64,000 nucleotides of DNA from Phaeosaccion multiseriatum (taxonomy: Eukaryota; Protista; Ochrophyta, other classes), in assembly GCA_965112735.1 (NCBI GenBank), contig OZ218951.1, positions 1,054,001-1,118,000 on the forward strand. The letters run 5' to 3'. Below the pieces are notes generated by a model that worked only from the letters and a program-made list of their open reading frames with translations, did no database searches and was not told the DNA's origin. Positions 25,827-39,300 of this stretch are shown piece after piece (positions within the stretch are counted from its first letter, which is position 1; each line of letters opens with the position of its first letter). The position numbers and the translations under genes were made by a program.

Positions 25827-27147
25827 TGTTGCTGTTTTTGTTGTTGTTGTTTGTTGTGATTGCTGTCACTCCTGTGCGGTGCACCGTCTGTGTACAGGGC
25901 ATCTACTGGTACTTCTTCAGCGAGACTTTCGCGCGCTTCGGGGGCTACTTCTCGCTCGTCTTCTTTACGCACCCCTTCTGCTACGCTTTCCCCTCAACGC
26001 TTCGACTGGGCATGTTCCCTGTGTCTCTGGTGAGTGAGTGTCAGGACAGGACAGGGAGTGAGTGGGTGAGTATCAGGACAGTGAGCGAGGTGAAGCAACG
26101 TTTCATGAATCATCGTGTGCGCAGGGAGGGCCCTGGTAGGGAGAGACTTCAACTTCTTCCCCGTTTCTCCTTCTCCTCCTCCCCCCCCCTCTGCTGAGAT
26201 GTAACCGCTTGTACACGCCTGATATCATGTGCGCCGGAAAGTTTCAAGGACATACACTCGATTCCCCTTTCGTCTACTTGACGATCTCTCCTCCTCTCCT
26301 TCTCTCCTGCCCCTGCCCCTTCCCCTCCCCTGTCCTGGCCTACTCTACCCCTGCTCTCCTCCTCCGCTTCCTCCGCCTCTGTGGACACGTACAGGCCCAC
26401 CTTCTGCTGCTGATCTTTGGGATCTTTCGCTCGGCGCCCACCCTGGGGGACTTTGTCATGTGCCTATGTCTGCTCTCTATGCACCCCCTCACGGTGGCAC
26501 GTATGAAGATGAAGCCCTTCCTTGCCCTGGGTGTCTTCGTGCCCATTTCTCTTCTGCCTGTAAGTGTTCACGCCCCCCTTTGCTGCTCGCATTCGCATCC
26601 GTACGTATATGCATCCGTATGCATCCGTATGCATCCGTACCCGCAGTCGTGCATGTAGGACTTGCTTTGCCCGCTGCTGGCTTCTCTCTCCTTTCTGTGT
26701 CCACCCCCACGCTACCAACAGTTATTTTCGTCCCCTCTCTCTCTCTCGCTCTCTCGCCCTTTCGCGTGTCTCTCCTTCTGTTGGCCTCTCTCTCCTCCCG
26801 CTCCCCCTCTCCCGCTCTCTCCCTCTCCTTCCCTCTCGGATCTCCCCCCCCCCCCCTCCCCCCCTCTCTCACTCTCGCCTCTCTACTCACACTCCGCTCT
26901 CTCTCTCCTTCCCTTCTGCTCCTGCACCTCCGCTGCTTGCCGCCTCGCTCCCACCCCCCCCCACTGATACACCTGCCTGCAGGTGATGCTCCACCTCTGG
27001 CTAGAGGCAGGCACCGCCAACGCCAACTACTTCTACTTCCAGGGCCTGGTGACGAACGTGTTCCATTGCCTTATTGTGCTGCAGTTCATGGCGGCTCTCA
27101 GTGTGCGCAGAAAGGCCCTCTCGATGGAGGCGTCCAAGCTGCTGTAG
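23725..27147 (+). CDS. PIGU: GPI transamidase subunit PIG-U (GAB1/CDC91)
   Basis: About 7 exons giving SSWRRAQEGLF..GLSPYAGDVFRGSPLLL, FYLLNPVT, DLTPNTGIYWYFFSETFARF, IFRSAPTLGD and LWLEAGTANANYFY, which are characteristic PIG-U blocks. Multi-pass hydrophobic; stop TAG at 27145-27147. Confidence 0.9.
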
Positions 27148-27787
27148 CACCAATTGCTGCGGCTGCAAAATGTGTCGTCGTCGTCGTCGTTGTTGTTGTT
27201 GTTGTCGTCGTTGTCGCCGTCTGCAGATGGCTGAAGGAAGCCATGACACAACCTAGACTTGCTGCTTGGTGGGCTCTTCTCGCCCGCCTATGCTCCACAC
27301 AGCAGCACTAGGAGCGGACAGTAGCAGAGGACTCATTGTCGGCCCAGGCCAGCATGCCCACCGAGGTGGCCTAATAGAAGCAAGCAAGCAAGTAAGCAAG
27401 CGGAGCGGACCGGCACCAGAGCGAGCCCCGGCACCTGCAGCAGCGGAGGGAGAAGCAGATGCAGAAGCAGAAGCACCAGGAGTTGGTGATACAGCAGCAG
27501 TTGGTGATACAGCAGCAGCAGCAGCAGCAGGGGGGTGCCTTGTTGGGGCCTTTGTGTGCCGCTTTCCTTTTTCCACCGCTGCCATGCTCGCCGGTCTGGA
27601 GGGCAACGGGAAGAGACCAGCCCAGCAGCCAGCACTGCCCGCTCCTCAGGTTCATTCCGTGTGGGGGTAGGGGGGGCGAAGGTCCAGCTTCAATTTTGAC
27701 CAATGTTGGGGGGGACTGAGCTGCGTCCACGTGCTGCCGAAGCCATTCCGCAGAGCACGCGACCACGCCACCGCAGGGGCCTTGGCT

Positions 27788-27845
<58 letters not shown>

Positions 27846-28967
27846 GAGAGAGATGCGCGGCACCCACACCGTCACGGGGTTGAAGCTCTTGACTGTTGGT
27901 TGTTGGGCGAGGTGAGCATAGTAGCGATGGTTGGCAACCGTCTAGGGGGGGCTTCTGTCTGGAGGGGGCCCAGAGACGCGAGAGGAGAGGAGGCCCTTCG
28001 AGAGGAAAGACGGCTCTGCCCGGTCTGACTAGCAAGGGCGCGACAAGCTTTGAGCTCTGAAGTCTAAGGGGGAGAGAGAGAGAGAGAGGGCAAGAGGGAG
28101 AGAGAGAGAGGGAGAGGGGGAGAGAGAGCGAGCGAGAGAAAAGAGAATGAGCGAGAGGGAGAAAGAGAATTACACCAGTGCCCTGCATGGTTCGCAGAGG
28201 GGCGGTGCATCGAACGCGGTCCAGTCCATCAGTCATGCAAAGGATGATTGCGGTGGCGGTCGTCTCTCTCTCTCTTGTACCGTTGAAGGGCAGCGCTCCT
28301 GAGCCACAACATCCCCCCCCCCCCACCCCCCGGGGAAGGAGCCCTTTTGGCCTAAAATCTTAAACTCGCCTTGCTCGTGTGCTTGACCTCTTTATCCTCC
28401 TCCTCCTCCTTCCCTCTAGACCAGTGGCAATCTTAGCGTGCTACCAAGTGAACACTCCAAAGAGAGCGGAGCAGGAGCAGCTGCAGCTGCAGAGAGCCAA
28501 CAGAGAGGACCGGAGCAGCACATTTCAGATTTGATTCATTCTTGGTAGCGGAGAGGGAGCTGCAGGAAGAGTGTGTGTGTGTATGTGTGTGTGTTGTGCA
28601 TACTTGACAGACTTGATTCTGCGTTGCCTTGCCTATCCTCTGCCTGCTTGGTGCATTCGCTCGAAGTCCCACCTTACCCCACACACAGAGAGGATTGCTC
28701 GCTCAACATCGCGCCCCCTCTGGCTCCAACCTCGAGACTCTAGAAGAGGGACAACTCGCTCAGGCCATGACGTCGCGACTCGTATCTAGCGAGCCCTCAC
28801 TGTCTGCGCGTTCTCCCCTCTCCCTGGTCCTCTTCCTCCCTCCTCCTCCTCTTCCTGCTGCCGCTCCTACTGCTGCGGCTGCTCTTGCTCGCGGAAGACC
28901 TACCAGTACCCCCCCAACCGGTTGCCTACCTACGTCATCACCCCTTCCACTGCCAACCGCCGCCTTG

Positions 28968-30609
28968 TTACCAATCCTCCCCCTCTAGGTAGCCCAGCTG
29001 CTTCATCACGGGTAGAGCCATCGCATTGAAAATATCCTTGCTCGCCTGGTCCGTAAAGCACTCACCCCACCCGCCCACCGTACCTTTGGCCAAAAGACGC
29101 GTCAACAAAACAAAGAAACGTCAGGATCATCACAATGGCTGTCAACTTGGTGGGTCGGAAAGCAAAGGAGTGGCCGCTGCTGCGAGTGATGGACTCTCTG
29201 CGTGAAGGGCATTGGAAAGTCCTCCAGCAGCAGCAGAAGCAGTTGGCGATACATCAGCAGCAGTCCTGACACCAATAACAGTATCAGTTTCAGTTTCAGT
29301 TGATTGGACCTTACCCTTTCTGGTGAGGCGCCACTTGCTGTCTCTATGGGGATACTCTTCGTCGAAGAGCTGTGAGCAACGGGCACGGGCAGGCGTATGG
29401 GCAGAAAAAGGCACAAGAAAGGTGAGCATATCGTACGAGAAAATGTCCGAGACAAAAGGGCAAAAGACAAGGACAGATACATAAAGCACAACGAGGGATA
29501 GGGGTAGCAGAATGGACATCACCAGACAGGAGACAAAAGAAAAAACGCCCAAGAGATACCAAACTCGCGTACTGTACTCAAAGGCCGTGCTCCTCCAGCG
29601 AGAATCGATATCGATTTACTCCATATTGATTGACTGACGAGCTCGTTCCACTGAAACTGAAACTGAAAGGAGCATCGTGCCTTGGTGGACTCAATGCATC
29701 ATCACCCTACGGATTCCCTTTACACAAACATATATCAACACACTTCCTTCTCTTCTCGCTACTGTACTCTTCGTTTGACCACCTGTGGCCTCCCCTTCAC
29801 TCTCCTCTCAACCCCTCAACCCACCTTGAGCCCAGCCATCTCCTCCTTGATCCTCATCCTCTTGAAGGACGAGTTCTCAATGGCGTGAGCAATGACCTCC
29901 TCGTCGCAGGACAGGCCAGCGAAGTTGCAAAGCCTGGTCATGGTCTGCGGGAAAAGAATTAAGCCAATGAATAAGTCAATCCCAGTGAGGGTGGGCGGGT
30001 GGGCAGGTGGGTCGATGTGTTAAGATGAGAGGGGGGACGCGGGGGAGGACAAAGAAGAACGCGCACACGCAGAAGGTAGACAGATCGGACAACAGAGGAG
30101 AGGAGAGGAGAGGAGAGGAGAGGAGGATGGGGAAAAGAGGAGGAGGCGAAGGAGGGAGGTGTGTGGGTGTGGGGGGGGGGGGAGGTGCAGGGTGACGAGG
30201 CAGAAGGCAGAGGAGAGGAGGCCTGAACTCGAGAGTAATCAAGCTAAAGGAGGGAGCAATTTCTCGACGTGTTCCTCACACACACACCCAACTAAGTACT
30301 CCATACATACATACCCAACCAAGTAGTCCTCGCATACACATAGAACCAAGTACTTCTTACATTGATACTCCAACAAAGGCTGAGAATCGAAACGTCCAAG
30401 ACTCTCGACAAAAGTCTGGACCCCTCACCCCTCACCCCTCACCCCTCACCCTTCACCTTTGTTGGGTGTTCGTGCAAATCCTCGTATTTGATCAGGAGGA
30501 CATCGAGGGGTGCCTCTTCTGTCGCCAGCACCTCCCCCTCGAAGAAGGACTGCACGTGCCGGGCCCAGTCGTACCCGGGATAGCTTGCGTGCGAGAGGAA
30601 CTGCTTGAC

Positions 30610-30644
<35 letters not shown>

Positions 30645-32144
30645 CGTATGTGTGCGCGTCCGTGTGTGTGCGTATGTGTATTGTGGGGGTGTTGTGTATC
30701 CGGAGAGGAGTACAAGCAGGACAAGGACACACAATAGAAAATTTCACGTACAAAGTCAGAGCAGCAGCATATGGGCCGAGGTAAGCACGCAGTACATCAG
30801 TCGCCACCGAGGGCCGCCGAGGCGTGGCGTGAGTGTTGCTTATGATACCCTGAGTGTGTGTGGGGGGAGGGGGTTTCCGTTCCCGTCCCTTCCCATTCTT
30901 CCATTCCCATCCCCTCCCTTCCCTTCCCTTCTCTTCCCTCCCCAGTCCTTCTCTTCCTTTCTCTTGCCTTCCCTTCCCTGCCCTCACCTAACACAGCTAC
31001 CCTCCAGACCCCTTCCCCAGAGGAGGGCATCAATATCGACACCAACACGCCCTGTCAAGTCTTCACCTAAGCATTTACCTAAGCCTGTAATGTAAGTACT
31101 TACTTACCTCCTTGAAGGTCATATCGAGCGGCTCTAAATTCTGCAAGCCCCTTCTAAAGTGATAGTAACTGCACATGACGTCCCGCCCGTCTCGGACCAA
31201 ATGCACCACCTTCCTCCACTTCTTGGGGCAGTTGGGGCAGTTGCACTGAGAGCCTTCCATCGGGCCCACAGAAGTGTCGCACTCGCCTCGAACGGACTGA
31301 AGGGGGGTAAGGCGTGTGTGTGAGAGTATGTGCGTATGTTTGTGATATGTGTGTAAGAGAGAGCGGGAGGAGGAGGAGGAGGAGGAGAAGGAGGTGAGGA
31401 GGAGGAGGAGGAGGAGGAGGAGCAGGAGGAGGAGGAGGAGGAGAAGGAGGTGAGGAGGAGGAGGAGGAGGAGGAGGAGGAGGAGGAGGAGGAGGAGAAGG
31501 AGGCGGAAGAGGAGAAGGAGGAAGAGGCGGCGGCGGCGGCGGCGGAGGAGGAGGAGGAGAAGGAGGAGGAGAGGAGGAGGAGGAGGAGGAGGAGGAGGAG
31601 GAGGAGGAGGAGGCGGAGGAGGAGGAGGCGGAGGAGGAGGAGGAGGAGGAGGAGGAGGAGGAGGAGGAGGAGGAGGAGGAGGAGGAGGAGAAGGAGGAGG
31701 AGAGGAGGAGGAGAAGGAGGAGGAGGTGGAGGAGGAAGTTTGGTCCAGGTGTTTGTTTGGGCGCACCGTTCTCAATGATAGCTGGCAATGGCACTACACG
31801 CACATCTTCTCTTTGTTTCTCCCCCCGAGAACGGCCTTGGCCCCACCGCAGTAGGAGTGTGCGGACATGGGACGTCTCTTGAGCGGCCACAGCCCATCCA
31901 CTGCCATCCCCTCTTACGCTGACACAGCATTTCTATCCACTGCCATCCTCTCTTGAGAGGACACTGCCCATCCACTTTCTTCATCTCTTCTTGAATGGAC
32001 ACAAAGCCTTTGAATGTGTGTGCTTGTTTGCGGGTGCGTGCGTGCATCATACACCTCTCTCTCGTTGACCCTCGCCTCTGGCTCTGTCTCCGTCCCTCCC
32101 TCGCTCTGCTCTGACCTGCGTAAGTGAGTGCTACTTGCGTGGAT

Positions 32145-32178
<34 letters not shown>

Positions 32179-33143
32179 CTCTCTCTCTTGCCTCTTTTGC
32201 CTTCTCCCCCCTCTCTCTCTCCGTCTTTGCTCTACTCTGACCTGAGGGGCGAAGGGCTGGTGGCTCTTGAAAAAGCGCGGCGCCCCAAAGCTGGAGAAGT
32301 CCTTACGGTTTGGCCCGTACTCCAGATCTGACCGTGGGACCACATAGAGCAGTAGCAGTAGCAGCAACAGCAGCAGCAGCAACAACCGTAGTCGTAGCAG
32401 TAGCAGCAGCGCCATTAGTAGCAGCAGCAGGTAGCAGCAGCGACAGCAGCAGCAGCAGCAGTGGCAGAATAAGCAGGGTGGCGGCAGCAAGTAGTAGGAG
32501 AAATGGCGCAAGCGGTCCCGTGCAACAAGTGGTGGCACTTCGAAGCGAGGGAAAACAAGCAGGAAAGGGAAGCATGATCTCTCTCTCTCTCTCTCTCTCT
32601 CTCAGCCGAGATGGATGGCTTGTTCATCACGTTCTCTCCTTGCGCCTCTCCACAACCCTGTGGACTCACCTGGAATGACCTTCTCAATGCTATTAAAGTC
32701 CAGCTGCTTCTGCCATATCCGCGCATCCTTGCCTTGTGAGTACAGGAAGGCGTGCCCGAGAAGGAAACGCAACCAGTTGTTTCCTGTGTATAGGAGGTGG
32801 AGAGGGAGAAGAAATGAAAGAGGAAGAATAAGAAGAAGAGGAAGGAGTCCTGGGTAGTCATAGAGGGAGATGCTAACTTTCCTACTTCAAAAACAGGCTG
32901 CTCCCTCCTTGTTCCTTCCTTACTCACTTACTCACCACTTTTGGGGTAGGACACCAAAAAGATGTCTTGGTCCCGCGGCGTCTCGAGCCTCTCGATGGTC
33001 GAGTCGATCCAAAAGTTGAGAGCGAGGGCCAAGATCATCATCACCACTGAGGCAATCACGATGCGCTTGCTCTTTCGGTCTGACGCCTGCTTTTGCTCGC
33101 GAGTCAGCCCCGACCCAGCTCGAGGGTTATTCGGGTTCACCAT
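28968..33143 (-). CDS. Sulfotransferase (Sulfotransfer_1 type) with N-terminal type II membrane anchor
   Basis: About 8 exons giving DIFLVSYPKSGNNWLRFLL (5'-PSB), RFFKSH, KVVHLVRDGRDVMCSYYHF (3'-PB), LIKYEDL, SSFKRM and RKGKVGGW. TM segment IVIASVVMMILALALNFW; stop TAA at 28970-28968. Confidence 0.88.
31367..31737. repeat. Long (GGA)n microsatellite in a sulfotransferase intron
   Basis: About 370 bp of nearly pure GGA/GAG triplets. It produces the spurious poly-P/S/L/R ORFs in the track. Confidence 0.9.
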
Positions 33144-33387
33144 GGTTAATCACCGCTTGTCCTTAGAGATCTGGCTTCCCGGCTTCCTCCTCTTAACCTC
33201 TGCTACTGCGCCACGAAGCTCCATCTCGCCTCACGCCATAAGCCACCTTAGCTGCTGTGCAAAGTGAAAATTTTTATTGTATTCCCACTTCTTCACGCAA
33301 TTGGGAGCCCAACTTTCCCTTCAAATGACTTGAAACTCAAGTTTCCCCCTTCTTCCTCTTCCATACTTCAAAAGACAGTATTAAACC

Positions 33388-36300
33388 ATGAAGCGCAGAC
33401 GAATCAGGAAGCTTGCGCTGGGCATCGCTGCCATCGAGATCTTCCTGGCGCACCAGCCGCAGGTTGGTGGGAGCCGGGGTGGGACATAATTGATCATCTT
33501 CCGGCGTTTGCATGAAGTGGTACAAACTGCTCTTTTGGTTGCGTCCCTTCACGACTGCCGCGTGCACAGCGCTTACATGACATTCCCCCCAAGACTCTCA
33601 TAGTACACATCGGATGTCTTCTCTGCTACTTGTATGCCTGCTGCTGCTGCCGCTCCAGCTCTGACAGTGATAGAAGAAGTAGAAAATCTGCCCCTCACCT
33701 TCAATCGCGTGGTCAGATATACTTTCCCCTCTCTTTACGCGCTCATGTCCCCATCTCCTCGTCCATGGCTCGGATGCCCTCTCATGCTCCTTTGACGTCT
33801 ACCATTCATGTACTCTTACGCAGAGTGAGGCATTCAGGCCTCTCAGCGGAAGTGGTATCCCCCCACCACACCCCACACATTCGTGCCCTCAGCAGCAGAG
33901 ACAGCGGCAGCATAAGGTGGGTACGCTGCCTTTCTGTGACAGATAGAGGCTACGTGTGACGTCTTGGCCTTCTGCTCCGTACCACACCCTTCTCCCACCT
34001 ACACGGGCCAGGCCCTTCAACAGGCCTTCTCCCTCCCTCCCTTCACTTTCTCACCCGCTTGCTACTGGCCCACTCGTCCCCCCCCTCTCTGATTATGTCT
34101 GTGTTTCTGTGTCTCTGCCTCGTCAGCGCGGCCGTGAGCCTTGCAGGCAGCAGCAGCAGCCGCCGCTGCAGCAGCGGTTGGCGTTGCGGCAGCTGAGTCT
34201 GCGAATGACGAGTGGCAGGGACGGAGGGGGTGAGCCGCCCCGCAAGATATACCCTTCCTTCGGAGCACCACCAGCACCTGCACCCCGTGACGCAGCGCCA
34301 CAGGGAGATCAGGGGAGCGGAGGTGCTGCAGATGGGAGAAGGGGGGGGGGCGAGCAGCAGCCTCAGCAGCAGAAACCCAAGTACTACCCCTCCTTTGGAA
34401 GCGCTCCACCTGCTCCACCGCCTGTCAGAGAGACACCACCGCCACCTGCACCAGGGCCTCCGCCTGTGCAAATGGACCCTGCCATAGCGCCTCAAGGAGA
34501 TGGAAGGACGCCCCAGCCCGAGCCTCCGCGCAAGTACTACGGCTCCTTCGGATCGACACCCAGCCGTGGCAGTAGCACAGGGGGAGTAAGCGCTCCACCA
34601 CCTGTCAGAGAGGCATGGCCCCCAGCATCAGCGCAAGTTGAGACGTATGCAGAGCCACAAGCAGAGGAGCGGGGGGGGGAGAGGGCAGCTGCGAGAGTGG
34701 GAGGAGGGGGAGGAGGAGGGCCAGGGGAATCGCAGCAGAAGCCGAAATACTACCCTTCATTCGGCGTGTCAAGTAACAATGGAGGAGGAGGAGGAGGAGG
34801 AGGAGGAGGAGTGGCACAGCAACCGCCCGGAAGAGATGTCTTCCCAGCAAAGCCATGGGTGCCTCCACCGGCCGCTCGGGTGCCACCGCCTGTGCAAAAC
34901 GATGCTGCCAGAGTTGCGCAAGGAGAGGAATGGAACGGAGGCATTGCAGATGCGAGAGGGGGAGGGCCCGAGCCGCAGCCCAGTGTCTATGCGAATGACC
35001 AGTGGCAGGGAGGGGGGGGGGCTCCACCCGGGGGTCCACAAGGAGAGGAATGGAACGGAGGTATGGCAGATGCGAGAGGGGGAGGGCCCGAGCCGCCGCC
35101 CAATGCCTTTGGGAACGACCAGTGGCAGGGAGGGGGGGGGGGCGAGCAGCAACCCATTGTCTATCAGCCCTTCCAAGGTGCTGACAGCAACGGAGGGGGG
35201 GTGATACAGCCACCGCCTGGCACAGAGGCTCCACCCGATGCGCAAGGACCCCCCCCTGTGCAAGGAGAGGAGTGGAGGGGGGGTATTGCAGATGCGAGAG
35301 GGGGAGGAGGCGGGCCACAGCCCAATGTCTATGCGAATGACCAGTGGCAGGGAGGCGGGGGGGATGAGCAAGAACCCATTGTCTATCAGTCCTTCCAAGG
35401 TGCTGACAGCAACGGAGGGGAGGTGGCACAGCCACCACCGGGAGGAGAGATGTACACGCCGGAGCCACGTGTACCTCCACCTGGCGGCCCACAAGGAGAG
35501 GAATGGAACAGAGGTATGGCAGATGCGAGAGGGGGAGGAGGCGGGCCACAGCCCAATGTCTATGCGAATGACCAGTGGCAGGGAGGCGGGGGGGATGAGC
35601 AGCAACCCATTGTGTATCAGTCCTTCCAAGGTGCTGACAGCAACGGAGGGGGGGTGGTACAGCCACCGCCGGGAGGAGAGATGTACACGCCGGACCCACC
35701 TGTACCTCCACCCGGCGGCCCACAAGGAGAGGTATGGAACGGGGGCATGGCAGATCCGAGAGGGGGAGGGCCCGAGCCGCAGCCCAATGTCTATGCGAAT
35801 GACCAGTGGCAGGGAGGCGGGGGGGATGAGCAGCAACCCATTGTGTATCAGTCCTTCCAAGGTGCTGACAGCAACGGAGGGGGGGTGATACAGCCACCGC
35901 CTGGAACAGAGGCTCCACCCGGTGCGCTAGGACCTCCCCCTGTGCAAGGAGAGGAGTGGAGGGGGGGTATTGCAGATGCGAGAGGGGGAGGAGCAGGGCC
36001 AGCGCAGGAAAAACCCATGTACTATCCCAGCTTTGGCGCACCACCTAGCCGTTACCCCGAAGGAGCGCGAAACCAGCAGACTGCAGCGCCTGGGGGAGAG
36101 GTATCGCGACAAGGAGCGGAATGGAGAGGGACTGTGGGAGGAGGAGGTGGAGGAGGAGGAGGAGGAGGAGGAGGAGGGCCAGCGCAGCCAGCGCCCAACT
36201 ACTATTCCTCCTTCGCAGGTGGCAGTGGCAGCGCAGGAGGAGCGCCACAAGGGAGTGCAGTTGCTGCAGGTGGGGCAGGGCCTGGGGCGGGAGGGGGTTA

Positions 36301-39300
36301 TCCACCAGCACCGCCGGTACCTCCACCCGCTGCTCCAGTACAACAGCCTGGGCAACAGGGCGCTGCGACAGCGTGGCAAGCAGAGCAAGCGAGCAGAGCG
36401 TCGGCACCTTCATCAGCGCCAGCGGTAGATCCGTCAGCACCTGGGGTAGTGCCCCCTCGGCGCGAAGGATATCCAGTTTTCGGTGACTTCTCTACGCGTG
36501 GGGCTCCACCGCCAGTGCCAGAGTCATCACCGGCAGCTCCTGGGAGCGCTTCCCCACTGCCGCCGCGTACTCAGCAGAATTGGCCGGCACCAGCACCAGC
36601 ACCAGCACCAGCACCAGCGCCACAGGCAGCGCAAGGAGGGGGATTTCCTGTGGACCCTTCAGCGCCAGGGGTAGTGCCGCCTCGGCGGCCAGGTTACCCA
36701 CAATTCGGAGATTTTTCGAGCGCTGAAAGAGGAGCGGAACAGATGGGTGGAGGGGGAGATGCAGCACCACCCCCACCAGGGTCGCCGGTACCTCCACCCG
36801 CTTGGCCAGTGCCTCAACCCTCGCAACAGCAGGCTGGCGTCGGGCCACAAGCAGAGCATGGGAGCGTCGGGCCACAAGCAGAACAAGCGAGCGGAGTAGG
36901 TATGACAACGCCAGGCGGAGGAGTGACGAATCAGCCGCCAAGACAGCCTCCACCTGTGATTGGAGACGCATCACCAACAGCACCAGGGCAACCGGCACCT
37001 GCACCCGCTGGTACAGCTACTGGTGCCGCAGCGCCCCCTTCGAAGCCTTCTCTTTACTCTGACCTGAGCGTGCTTGCTGCGCTCGGCGAGGCGTTTCAAG
37101 GGATGGCGAACAGAGACACAGCGTCACAAGCAGGGGGGAGGGGCACAGGAGGGGCTGCAGCGAGGAGGGGGGGGGGGAGAGGGTTCGGGCGCAAGAGCGA
37201 TACGTCCTCCAGAGGTGCGAGCAGCAGCGCAAGGAGGGGAGGAGGAGGAGGAGGAGGAGGAGGAGGAGGAGGACGAGGAGGAGGAGGAGTGAGAACTCCT
37301 TCATCCCCTGTAAGCCCGGCCCTTCGCTCTCACCTGCGCACTCTTGCTGCGCTTGGTACGGCTCTTGAAGGGATGACCAACCTGGCGCGGAAGGAAAGGC
37401 AGGAGCAGGAAACCACTGTTGGATCCTTCGTCAGCAGAAGCATTGGTGGAGAGACCCAGTGGTTTGAGAAGGCGGGCGCACCACCACCACCAGAGGTACC
37501 GACGCCTGTTGATGGTGTCCCCCTGCCTCGGCCCTCCCAAAGGATGACCCCTCCAACGCCCAACACAGCAAAGCAAGCGACTGGAGGTGGTACTGCAAAA
37601 GCTTCAGCGAAGGGGGGAGGGGGAGGGGCACAGCCAAATAGCCAGGACGGCTTCGGAGCCACCGCAGCTGTGGCAGGAGGAGCAGCCACAACAAACCCAC
37701 AGCCTGCAACAGCCGGATCAAAAGCAGCAGCAGCACCGGTGTCACCGGCCCGTTCGCCAAACAAAGCTGCTGCTGCTCCCACGCCTCAGGCACCGAAGGC
37801 GAGTGAAGGGGGTACTGCAACTGCTGTGAAGGGGGGAGGGGGGGGGGCAAAGCCCAATAGCCAGGATGGCTTTGGAGGCTTTCGCAGCAGCATCGAGTCA
37901 TCCACGAAGGTACCGCTTACAAGAGCGGTGTCGCCACCAGCGTCGTCACCAGCACCAGCTTCATCCGCCACACCCCCTGCTTCTGTGCCTCGACGGCCGC
38001 AAGAGACGAAGGCTGATGACCGCACACCACGCACACCACGCATGCCAGAAGCAGGGCAGGCGAGCGCAGGCGCAGGAACCTCTGCTGCTGCGACGAGGGC
38101 CGGAGGAGCCTTCCGCAGCAGCATTGAATCTTCGACACGCGTCCCGCTTCAGCCCAGAGTAGTAGGCGTCTCAACACCTGCTGCAGCACCCTTGTCAGGA
38201 GGCAGACGGGACGCCGGCCCACAGTTGCCGAGGCATCAACCCGCCTTTGGCGATTTCGGCATTGGAGCCGTGATCACGCCAAGAGTGGTAACGCCACCAC
38301 CATCACCACCAACGCCTCCATCGGCCCCAGCAAAGCCAGCAGCGCAGCCACCGGCAGCTGCACCTAGCACGCCTCAAGCAGCAGGAACCGTCTCAGGATC
38401 GAGGGCGGGTGGGGCTATTTTGGCTGCGTCAGGGAGGAGCGCGTCGCAGCCGAGGCAGAAACCTGCGTTTGGCGATTTTTCCGACACCGTAGGAGCAGTG
38501 AGAATTGAAGTGCCGCCGCCACCACCACCTCCACCACCACCACAACCACCAGCAGCGCCACAAGCTCCAGAGCCTGCGGAGGAGGAGAAAGAGGAGGACG
38601 AGGAGGAGAAGGAGGAGGAGGAGAAGAAGAAGCAGAAGGAGAAGGAGGAGAAGGCGAAAGCTGCTGCGGTCGAGGCAAGCGAGTTGCAGGCACATAAGGA
38701 CAAGGCTGCCGAGGCCGCAGAGCTGGAGGAGGAGGAGGAGGAGGAGGAGGAGGAGGAGGAGGAGGTGAAGCAGGAGGCGATGGAGGAGGCAGAGGAGGTG
38801 AAGGAGGAGGCAGAGGAGGTGAAGGAGGAGGAGGAGGAGGTGAAGAAGGAAGAGGAGGAGGAGGCGGAAGCTTCTTCGACCGAGGCAAGCGAGTTGCCGG
38901 CACAGAAGGACAGGGCTGTCGAGGCCACAGAGCCGAAGGAGGAGGTGAAGGTGGTGGTGGAAGAGGAGGAGGAGGAGGAGGAGGAGGAGGAGGAGGTGAA
39001 AGAGGAGGAGAAGGAGGAGGAGGAGGTGAAGAAGGAGGAGGAGAAGAAGAAGAAGAAGAAGGAGGAGGAGGAGGAGGAGGAGGAGGCGGAAGCTGCTGCG
39101 GCCGAGGCAAAGGAGTTGCAGGCACAGAAGGGCAGGACTGTCGAGGCCTTAGACCTGAAGGAGGAAGAGGAGGAGGTGAAGGAGGAAGAGAGGGAGGAGG
39201 AGCTGAAGAAAGAAGAGGAGGAGGAGAAGAAGAAGGAGGAGGAGGAGGAGGAGAAGGGGGAGAAGAAGAAGAAACAGAAGGACGACGAGGAGGAGAAGCA

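Noticed and set aside
27250-28900. Short ORFs between PIG-U and the sulfotransferase
   Set aside because: Low complexity and interrupted by (GA)n/(CA)n. No motif or convincing exon chain was found, although a small gene cannot be excluded.
30421-30457. (CCCCTCA)n telomere-like repeat
   Set aside because: Only about 5 copies, at an intron start in the middle of a gene; a simple microsatellite.
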